From: Antedon mediterranea
Lineage: Eukaryota > Animalia > Echinodermata
DNA length: 64,000 bases
Direction of reading: 5' to 3'
NCBI RefSeq assembly: GCF_964355755.1
Contig: NC_092670.1
Span: 24,600,795 to 24,664,794, forward strand
Shown: positions 53,239-64,000 of the stretch, piece after piece
How the letters are laid out: each line of letters opens with the position of its first letter
Numbering within the stretch: position 1 is the stretch's first letter
Notes under the pieces: generated by a model
Told to the model about the DNA's origin: nothing
The model's database searches: none
What the model saw: only the letters and a program-made list of their open reading frames with translations
Made by a program: the position numbers and the translations under genes

Positions 53239-53815
53239 GTGTGTCTTAATGCTGTTTGTGATTTAGGCTAATTTCACTACAAGCACGTGTATGCGAGTTT
53301 GGTGTAATGGTTATGTAACAAGCCTTTCAATTAACAATAGCTTCAGTTGACTAACAATAGGACAGCAACGCGAAAATCAAACGAGTGAATTTGAAAAGAA
53401 AATAGGTTTTTTAAACTACTGGCATCAAAAAACGTGCACATTAAATCACATTATGTTTTGAAATTACAAATCACAAATTATAACTTTTGCCTCTTGTACA
53501 AAAATGAAGTTTTTTGGACAAGTAGTTGTCGAGAAAATACAATTTCAGTATACTTGTTACTTTAAGACTGCTCGCCGGCTTTTGAAAAATTCTGTCCTAT
53601 CTTTTAACACTAGCAGGTCTGAAAAGTATACTAAAAAGTGGTCCAGAATTGGGACAATGGTCCCAAAATTTAATGGAATGGTCCTTGGCCACATATCTAT
53701 CTGTATATTCATTTTGGTAAAGATCTTGTAATTACTTTTTGAGTAATCCTGCTAACAAACAAACAAACAAACAAACACACGCTACCGATTACATATACCT
53801 CCATGGCGGAGGTAA
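53115..53815 (-). mobile_element. Helentron-associated (DINE-1/HINE-like) non-autonomous rolling-circle element
   Basis: Minus strand: ttacctccgcc subTIR, (GTTT)n, internal (TA)n, matching ggcggaggta subTIR, 3' hairpin cactctcggagtg, terminal ctagttt. Confidence 0.8.
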
Positions 53816-55354
53816 ACAATAGGATAAAACTGACAATCAAATGTCAGGTTTTAAGGTTTAGTATGCAGGTGACCTAATGCTAGGCCACTAGGACTTCCGT
53901 GACTGATAGAGCAGTTTAAAATTATTTCTCTTTTCAACTATTTTAAATAATAGTATGCTACAATTCCAACCAGTGATCTTAAAAAGTTTTTTTACTAAAG
54001 GAGCCTCAATTCTCGTGTCAAAATTGGTATTTTTTAGTTTAACAATACAAATTTATACTTGACATTCTAAATGTTCCACATCGATTTTGTAATAAAAAAC
54101 TCATATAATTATGTGCTCTATTCTACCATGCTTCAATCAAGTTGTTAGTGCTACCGTATGCATCATTTGTTTTTTTCACAATGCTTGAAATTGATGCTTG
54201 TAATTTCACTCGTTAACTGCACAGTAAACGGTTTTTTAATTACCATTATTTATAATATTTATCATTTCATTCATTAAACATGATAGTCTGTATGTTTTTA
54301 GCACAATATATTCAATTTAACTTTAACATACTGTCATGTGATTAAGTTTTATAATGTTAATTAAGCAACTAATTTTAACGTTCCTTATTAGTCTGTTGGC
54401 AAGTTTTAAAAAGGGAAGTAAAAAATATATTTTTTGTGGGTTATTTTACTTAGTAAAAATATAATGAATACCCTTTGTTTATTTGAACATATATTTCTTT
54501 GTGTAATTTTTCAATAACAAAGAGCTTGCTAATTATTTAAAGACCTACACTAACTCACCTTGGCTTGTTTGATATGTTGTAACCATAGCAACAGACTCTT
54601 TCTTCAAATTAGGGGATTCCCCGGGGTCTCGCTGGACACATGTTTTGCTTAATATCTATTTTATTGAATTTTTAAACTGAATTAATATCACCCAGATCAA
54701 ATGACCCCAATAGGAATAAGCATCCATTGAAGTGGATACTCATGTTTGTTGGTTTGATGCCTCAAACCTAAAGACTTATTCCCTACGTTTTTTAGATCTA
54801 TTTTAAGATCACAAACTATATTGAATGTAAAAATAATACTATATGGTTTTGCGATTGCGATAACTTTTTTCGTCTTTAAATGGTTAAAATTGTGAAAAAT
54901 AAGTCGATTCTAATAATTATAGCGGCCCGCTATAAATCCCAAAATGCATTGCGCGCGGATTGATATTTTTGTTTTTCACCTGTAATTCGCCCATTTTTCG
55001 ATCGATCGTAAGGCCAAAACAAATGGAAGACTCATAACTTTTCAACGAAAATACCGGGTTTTCCTCAATTTGTATCAACGTAGTCTGGCAAAAACAGAAA
55101 GACAATTAATGCAGCAACTATGCAACATTAGGCTAGGTATATAGCTAGCGTACGATGTTCGTACGTTACCGATGTTTACCAGCTAGGCCTACAAAACTAA
55201 GCCTAGCTAGGCTAGGCCTAAAGCCCATCCACGAGAGGTCAGTCGCCGCGAGCTACTTAGGTAGTGCATTGTTTCTCACTTTTTATCATAATATACCATA
55301 AAACGTACATTTAAGACAAGGAATGTCCTGGTTTAATGTTTTTAAAGTAATATA

Positions 55355-57002
55355 TGTGACCCGATCTGGCAAAACCCTACTTTTGTCAGAAATATTCATT
55401 TTGTATTTTTTTTATATATTTGGATTATTTTAATCATAAGCTTTGTAGTGGTGTTAATTTCATAAAAATTGAGTAAATATTTAAAAAGTTATTACATTTT
55501 AAAAACTTACAAATCATTCAATTAGTTTACGAGAAAATCGCGTTTGAAGTTTGCAATGAAATTCTTTTTGATACGCGCTGAAAACTCACTCCGTAGCAAC
55601 GCGGTATTTTGGTCTAAGGCACAATGACGTCATACCAGGAAGTGTGTGCGATAATAGCAGCGTGCACATCATAGTCAATTTGACTGATTTCAGACCCCGT
55701 TTTAACCTATTTAGTCACTCGAATTAACTATTTTGCACTATTGAAAAGCAGCATTATAACGTCAAGCTTATTTTAACTGGTTTCGTAGGTGTTTACGATA
55801 TCAACAGCGAAAAACCAAGCAGGCCTAGACCTAGCTAGGCCTATTCAGATTTTCGCCGTCATCGCCTGTAAGACTTTACTGATGGTGTTCATCAAGCCGT
55901 GTATGGCAGCAGTGCATTGACACTGGGCCGGCGTTAGTAGTAAACTAGCCTAGACAAGTTTGGCGCCTTGCAGAGTCACAACTTGCTAGCTACTAACATT
56001 GTATTGACGATTTAATACATTTATTTTTTTTATAACGTGGAAGATTCGCTGTAATGTTTGGACTTGAATCCAATGATTAAAAAAAAACATTTAATATGAA
56101 TGGACTGGACAATAAATTAAATAAATAATTAAGAGCCGATTGGATATATAAAATGTATAAAGAAAACTATTATTGACAATGAAGCTAGGCCCAGTAGTAG
56201 TAGTAGGCCTACAACCATAATAAAATTAAGGCCTAGCCTAGCCCAAAAAAATATAGAAAATAGAATTGAATTTATGACGTGAATTGTTTTTGACTTGTCT
56301 ATTTTACTATGGAATAAACAAATACAGGCTACAGCTATTGCAGAACACGCCGAACACTTTACTTTGAATATTAAAATCGTTTTTATTCCAATTTACGACA
56401 TGCTGTGTGTAAAATGAAAATAACCTCACAAAAATGTAAACAACTTTTTATTTCCGCGCGTAGAGTGTATAACATCTAGCGCGTTGACCAATAACGTTTG
56501 TTATTGCGATGATGCGCCATAGCAACACACGCAGTTCGCTGTTCCAGAAACTTCGAAGAACCGAATTTTCTGAAATTATGTCATAGTAAATCAAAGATTT
56601 CATTGGTTCCTTCTTTAAATTCCCCCCTAAAACTTCCATATTTGGAATGTCAAATGGATGAGCTTTATTTTGATGTGTGACCTTTCAACATTGTGCAGCG
56701 AACTGGCGATCAAAATATCGTCAAACTCAGCAACTTTCAACTGAATTTACGCAAAATTTTAGCGTAGATCGTGAATAAATTGTTAGGCTTGAGGAAAATA
56801 CATGTTTTTAAAACTTTCTTTTTTTCATAATTTTAAATAAATTTCGGGAGTTTAAATCAGGTAGACGTATTCTTAAATAGTGAAATATTTCGAAAATGCA
56901 AAAACATGTAATCTGCCAGGGTAGTCGAATTGGACGTATTTTGACTGATTACGTGAATTTTGAATTGCCGACAAAGAGAGGGTTTTGCGAGATCGGGTCA
57001 CA
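55355..57002. mobile_element. Non-autonomous TIR element with TGTGAC...GTCACA termini in a TATA target
   Basis: TIR tgtgacccgatct(g/c)gcaaaaccct; TATA on both flanks. Appears nested in an older ttaaagac...gtctttaa element (~54537-57054). Confidence 0.75.
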
Positions 57003-59304
57003 TATATGTATTATTTTTACAAAAACGTCACAAATTGTTGGGAAGGTGTCTTTAAAAGTCATGAGTTCGAGTCCTGTCTAACTCTTAGCCAGATTTTGTT
57101 CTCATGATGGAAGCCTCAAAATGAGGCTAGGTTTAAAATAATCTCATTTGGATATAGTAAGTTTAATTGTTAAGTTTGGTGCTGTCACCATGACGCAGCC
57201 CTTAGTTTACTTTGAAATAATGCATAAGTGTTGGTTATTGGCTGGTATACACAGATTCACATGTTCCACTACAGTACTGTATAGTATACTAGCAGTACTA
57301 CTAGGACTATACTGTTCTACAATCCTAATTGGAATCAAATTATCTTACCATTCTGCACTGAGGGGGATATATCATTGTTTATATTATTCATATTTCCTTA
57401 CCAGCTAGTATGTAACTCTGTGGTATTTTTATGTAAAATAGGAATTGTGGAATAGCCTATCTGTCAGCATAACTATTCATAAATAACCATAATGGTATTT
57501 TATCTGTTCAAATTTACCTTAATCAAAATTCTTTGTAGTTGTAGTGGTCTGGGTATTAAATGTAGGAATGTTTTTCTTTCATTTTATCATTGATCAGAGC
57601 ATTGGCATGTACAGTAGCAGTCATATCACAGAATGTTTAATAATAATGCAATAAATAAGACTTCCTTTATACATTTATTATATAAAATTAAATTAAATTA
57701 AATATGCATTTTTATACAAGAAAAAAAAATTGAGTTCAGATGATTGATTTAAAATAATACATTCTGAATTATATAGAGTATCACGGTGCTGATGTTACAA
57801 CGGTAGGTAAATTAAATGCGTTTAACCTGCCTGAGTGACTCCAATGTCACCAATGGTATGGAATAGGCTTATTGAAGTAGTCATTTTAAAACTTAATCAT
57901 TTTTAATAAAAACAAACTAAAATTTCAAAAGATCACTAAATATTTGTTTTTAATAATCTATTTATTCTTCAACTACAGTTTAAGTTTTAAAAAATCAAGC
58001 TAAGATACATAATTTACTAGAAATACAGATCTTTACAGTTTATCAACATAGTAGCGTTGAACGCATTTTTTGGTGGCTAGCAGCCATGCAGTGCCCTCTA
58101 TCGTTGTGAGGTCACACCGTGATACTCTATATTCAATTTTATTCTATTCAATCAAAGAAAATATAATTTGTAATAATAAGCAAACATCTAAATAAAAATA
58201 ACAGAATAAATTAAGCTGGGTGAAATACTTGCGACAGAAAGCGTGACCTATTTATTAATATACAGTGATACAGATATCTCAAAATTGTGTTAAGCCAAGT
58301 AAAAATGTAGAAACAATTAAATGTGGGCTAAATTTAAAACAGGCAGATAAAATATACTAAATCCTGTATACTGGTAACCTATTATAGTTTTATACCTGTA
58401 TTAAGTAGCCTAACCTAATTCTTTAAGTTTTGAAGTTTATTGTTTTACAGTATCAAAAGTCACAATTCAAAAGTCCTGGAATTACTTTAGTATCCCATTG
58501 CACACTTTGTTTTATGGATTTTAGCTTGATATATTGTGGTTATTCTTAAGCACTTGTTGAGACATTTAATGTCAGTGAGTATGCAAATGTCTGATAGGTC
58601 CTTGAATCTATAAGCTGTGTAGGCTACTTGATAGGAATTAATGTCTTTGTATACAAAATTTATTTTGTATATTAATTTAAATACCTAGGCATTTGGATAC
58701 ACATTGCTTTGATATTATGCCCTTATTATGTATTGATTCAATTAAACCTTGTATATATAAAAAAAAATCCCCCTACAAATTATAACTCCAACGATTTTTT
58801 TCCCTTTTCCCTTGCCTTTTTACTGGGAAATTCGTATTTCAAAGCTATTTATAGAAAACCATACTCAGATTTTGTGTATGTTGGTAGAAATTGTCAAGTC
58901 AAAAAACTTTCTTTTGAATTATGTAACAATCTATAATATAGTATTACTATAGTTTTTTACATAATTCAAAAGAAAATGATGTCAAATTTATTACCGTATT
59001 AACATGTTTGTTTCAAATTACATTTTCTTACAATTTAAAAATTGTGTTTGCTGCCCTCTATAAACACATAAGTTTGAACATTCCCAGCACAGCATCAATC
59101 CACTTAGTTCCAATTTGAATTAATCAATGATGGTGTACAATAAGGTATTCCTACCACTTGTAATCTACAGCACTGAATATTATGTTGTAATTATATTTGT
59201 TTAGTTTATGCTACAATAAAGAGATAGGCCTAAACAGTACTTCACACATGTAGCCTATATCTTACACGCTTTAATTAATTCTGTCTTCTATTTAAGGCAT
59301 CTAT

Positions 59305-59959
59305 GACCCCATTTACACTTACGATTTAGGCCGGCCCTGGGTCGGCCCTGGGTCGGCAATTGATAAGTGTAAATACTCCAAAAAGTTAGGCCGGCCCTGG
59401 GCCGGACGCAGATCTGGGCCACCTCTCCAGGTAGGTTCAGGAGCGGCTTTTACGTTTGGGCCGGTTTACGCAGTGAACCGTGAACAACGTTTGACCTTTT
59501 TATGAGGTTGTTGTTATGACGATCCGACATTTTCAGTACATACCTTCCTCCTTTTCGGGCGACAATTTGTTTTCTTCATCATTTATATAGTTAAATTTAT
59601 TTTCAGACATCTTCTTTCAATAAAGTATTCCTCCGCTTGTTTCGCATATACATAAAATACAGCCATATTATATATAAAACAGTGGGGTTCATTTTGTTTT
59701 TAATGGGACAAAAAAACAACAATAGGCTAAATATAAAACGGTCGGTTCGCGCGGAGAGTAATTGAATTGACGATCGAGAGAGAAAAAATGTAAACAAACT
59801 GTACTTCGTATCCCAGCATGCAATGGTACTTCCGATAAAATTATTTACGACCAGTAATCTGCGTCGCTAGTGTAAACGCTCTGGGGCCGGCCTAAAAGAT
59901 TAATATTTGCAACCGGCCCAGGACCGGCCCTGGACCCAAACGTAAGTGTAAATGGGGTC
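59305..59959. mobile_element. PIF/Harbinger-like MITE
   Basis: 19-bp perfect TIR GACCCCATTTACACTTACG, 3-bp TSD TAT, subterminal ggccggccc repeats. Confidence 0.85.
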
Positions 59960-60884
59960 TATGATTGATTTGATATGCCTGTAATACAAAAAATTTGGTT
60001 TTAGAAACCTAAGATTTTTGTAGACATAGTTATAATTCCATAATGATAATATTAAATAATAATTGTTGTCTTAAATAATTCAAATTCAAATTTAAAATCT
60101 TTTATTGTCCAATATTCATAAAAATAAATAATTGGAAATTTGTTGTTTGACATACTACTATAAAACACACAAAAGTACGAACAAACATAGTATATAAAAA
60201 TATAATACAAAATGGAATAAGTTGATTAAATATTGGTACAGAATGTAAAATGATGTGAATTGCGTTTTAATCTAATTTTTAAAAACTGTTTCTATTGCAC
60301 ATCTTATTAGATTATTAGTATGTAGTATTACTAGTATTACTGTATTGTATTTTTTTTTTTTTTATTTGTTTTTATTTCGACCGCGATTTTTGTCTGAAAA
60401 TACAGACTTGTGAAACACGTATAGAAATCGATTTGCAGACCGCAAACATCCGATAAGAATGACGTAGGTTATCATACCGTATTTGGCTATATGGGGCGGG
60501 CGGTATGTAAATATGGATTTCTAATTAACCAATGATCATTTTGTTTCAAAATGAAAAAGATCGAGTACGTACAGTGCTGAATGTACGATCGAGACTGTTG
60601 AAATATGAAATCGTGTTGACAAGTTGTTTTGTTTATTAATTGTTTAGTCCTTAGCCTAGGCCTCCTTCGTAGGTCCAACTCAGCTCGCACGTATGACCTG
60701 CCAAATAAAACGCCAATAAGGTAGGCCTACATACCACCACCGGCACACAACAGGATTCACACACAACAGACAGGGCTACACCACTACACAGAACAGGACA
60801 GGGTCTGGGTGGGAATTAAATCAAATTATCGAATTTTTTGGAAAGTCCCAATTCTTTCCTATATATTACTGTGTAATTTTTATT

Positions 60885-61561
60885 TGTAAGTCGAATTTTT
60901 CTAAGTCGAAATTCGTCTAAGTCGACGTCTTTTTGCGGTCCGAATACACACCTTCTTTAGTGATTTATATCGTATAAGTCGAAGTCACAAATTACGCGGC
61001 AACAACGCGCTAAAAAAGCCGATGAAACGTACGTAATTCTTCGATAAACAAACAACAGAGGGGATAATGTGGGACCATATCGGTTCTCTCAAGCAGGTTG
61101 TATAGTATAGGCGGCGTCCTACAACTCGCGCTAGTGTATAGTGTATGACTTGTTTCAGAGTTGAGAACTTGAGCGGCGTTTTGTGGGTACCTATTTTGTG
61201 CTAGACAGATGGCAATAAACAATGGATACCGATTTCGAATAAAAACCGAAATGTATTTATTATACGTTTTTGTATTGTTTCGGGCTTAAACCATAAAAGA
61301 AAATACAGTTTATCATTGCCGATAAAGAGGCTTAGCATTTATTAGGCCTAGCTAGCTAGCTAGCTATGCAAACTCAATTCAAGAAGGCTCATCGCGTGGG
61401 CCGCGATTGCGACAGGGCAGGGTCCACTAGGCCTAGCCATAGCGCGGCTAGTGAGTGAACCTAGGCCTAGCATTTTTTTTTGGCAAATCTGTAAGTCAAA
61501 GTTCGCGTAACTCGAATTTTTATACCGGTCCCATTAGATTCGACTTAGGCGGAGTCGACTG
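60885..61561. mobile_element. pogo/Tigger-like MITE, left end lost
   Basis: Right end ttcgacttaggcggagtcgactg|ta and repeated taagtcga motifs. Confidence 0.6.
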
Positions 61562-62299
61562 TATTAAAAAAAACTCTGTCTGGATCCCAGACTAGCTACT
61601 ATGCAATCGACAGCCAAAACGAATTAAGTTGTACTCTCCAAGATGCATAGTAGTGAAAATGTTTCTAAATGCCTAAAAAAAATAAGCATATAAATAACTT
61701 TCCTATTGTTTTACACCAAATAAAAACCCAAAATAATTATTAGTTTTCCTTCCTTCTCTTCTCTGTTTTTTCCCATGTCTATCTGTCGGACTACTTCAAT
61801 TGCTTATTTTTAGGCTGCTTTTAAAACTCATCTTTTCAACGCTTTCTTTCCTCTTATTTTTCCAGGTTTTTTATTAAAAGTCTTGGCATAATGTGCTATA
61901 TAAATAAGGCCACATTATTTTATTCTAAATATTTTTTTTAATCCTTTTCAGATTATTATTTAATTACTATTTTGAATAAGATATCAAAATAATGATATGA
62001 ATGTGAGTGTGCTGCTTCCACATCGTTTATTTGTCCAAGTATATAAAATTTGATTAATTCAAAGGTTTGTGAAATGACGTAATTAGGAAATGAGAACGAA
62101 TTAAGTTTGTTAAATTGACAGTTAAACTAGAGTAATAATACTACCATATTAATGCTTTAGGCAGTGAAATAATGACTCAATTAGTTGCTGTCTTTGAGGT
62201 ATTATCACACATTTTGTTGCATAGTAAAATCACTAATGATAGGATATAATAGTTAATTATATCTCAACCGTAATAGTAATAGTAAATAACGATTATTTT

Positions 62300-62880
62300 A
62301 TTTACCTGACGTTTTGCCAACTATCAGTTGACTTTCTCAAAGTGTAGTGACACGTATGTCACCGTTGACCTCTAGATGACGGGGTCAACACATTGGTCCA
62401 CACTTGACTGAGTTTGTAACCGCCCTCGTCTCTATTAAAATTGGGGGTCTTCCTGATCCAGATGGATTCCGTAGCCCAGCATCTTAATCTGACCGATTCC
62501 CTGTCAACTACTTTCAAATTATCCCAATCAATGGTGTGATTTGTCTGCGAAGCATGGTCAGTGATTGCTGACTTGTTGATTTCTGTTTGCGATTGTTTGC
62601 ATTGCGATCATGTGTACGCTCGTTCCGAGACCAAATCAACGTCCTTTTGATGTTCTTTTAGTCGAGTGCCCAATTTTCGTCCTGTCTCACCGATATATTA
62701 TGATCTGTTGCAACCGGCACAGGGGATCTTATATACACAATCTGTGGTACCTTATCTTTTGGATGTACAAGCTGCTTTCGGATGGTGTCCAAAGGTCTCA
62801 CTGCGGTGGCAACCCCTGCTTTATTGAAATGTCGTTGCACTACCTCCGTTACTCCTTTTACATACGGAATGACTACCATC
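62300..62880 (-). mobile_element. Penelope-like retroelement 3' fragment (RT thumb/linker + GIY-YIG endonuclease), decayed
   Basis: VIPYVKGVTE...LVHPKDK, then shifted frame VYKIPCAGCNRS*YIGETGRKLGTRLKEH, then SAITDH...HTIDWDN...ESIWI...NRDEG. Confidence 0.9.
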
Positions 62881-64000
62881 TAATGATGACTAATGATAGG
62901 CTTGGATCAACGTTAGCTTCAAATTACTTAACATTGTACATAATCGGGTCTAATCTCTCTCTCCCTAAAGAACAACAATTTTTAGAAAAGTTTAGGAATC
63001 TTATTTAGGGTTAGTCCTACTGTAGACTCAATAACCAAAAGTACTGATTTATAATAGTTGTTAACAGAGGAGCACTATAACATAATAATATTAAAAAATA
63101 GCTATAAAAAAAGCTGTCCAAATTGGGGAATTCGCTAACCGCCCAACCATTCCTTCAACCCAACAATTTCTTTATAAGATTTAGTATTTTATATTTGTCT
63201 CAATTATTCTTGTAAAATGGTACGGCAGATGGAGAAAGAACCTACTTCCAGAGTCGGTAAACGTGCGTAGCGTGTCGTTTTATCCATCCGCACATTCAAA
63301 CAACCTTTTGAGAACTGTGGAATTATAGTAAAAAAAGAATATTAAAGTATTCCTTTTTATCCTTAAGAGAATTATCCACTATACTGATAACATTTTAATG
63401 GATTATCAGGATTATGTTTTGATTAAACAACCAATCAAAAATGTAATGGTCTTGGGATCAAATCCCAAAGGCAGTCATGCTTTCTCATTTTTCAAATTAA
63501 AATTGTGAAACATTAATTCTTAAATCTTCAATATGATTGAAGTTTTTTTATTGCCAAGTTTAAACACGATTATTCTGCGTATTTTGTCAAGCCTGACTTA
63601 TTGTTTTTAGTTTCCATGTCTTATAAGATAAAACAGACCAGCCTTGGTAATTTACCAAGAAGGTTATGAGAAATATATCTGTCTGTCTGGGCATCGCCAA
63701 TATTTGTTATGATATTATGAATTAAATTCAGGCAGAAATAATTTGTTTATTTTGTCCATATTCATTGTAATCTAAAATATCTCTTTTCTTCCCCCCTTCT
63801 TATTTTCCCCAAATGTCATACTCAGCAGGCCCCTAGGTATTTAACTTTGTTAGAGATTATTATTCATACATATTATAAAAAAAACACACAATTTTGATTG
63901 ATACTTACTATGAAGTAATAACACAGATCTGTCAATAAAAAAAAATTAGTTAATTTATTATGTAAATTTAGTTCAATGGAAATTATTTGTTGCCAAATTT

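Overview
AT-rich, intron-containing animal genomic DNA, most likely an invertebrate deuterostome such as an echinoderm (inferred from the actin intron pattern, a Deu/Nin-like SINE and abundant TAGGCCTA). Two complete spliced genes could be assembled by hand: CPPED1 (+ strand, 5 coding exons, 16133-21830, 300 aa) and a convergent muscle-type actin (- strand, 5 coding exons, 27097-29345, 376 aa) with several unusual substitutions and three upstream CArG+MCAT modules. A third gene probably starts near 38.65 kb, with mostly intronic sequence downstream. The rest is a dense set of mobile elements: a decayed CR1-group LINE, a CR1 3' fragment, a Penelope fragment with a decayed hammerhead-like motif, a tRNA-derived SINE, a Helentron-type element, and many non-autonomous DNA transposons whose TIRs and TSDs can be read directly (Kolobok-, piggyBac-, MULE-, Merlin-, Harbinger-, Academ-, IS3EU-, hAT- and pogo-like). 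The most striking structure is a 6.5-kb foldback element (8-bp TSD), nested in a TTAA-flanked element, whose arms are inverted arrays of a 101-bp internally palindromic satellite. I found no CRISPR array and no convincing novel protein-coding system. Superfamily labels rest on terminal and TSD signatures only, not on database searches.
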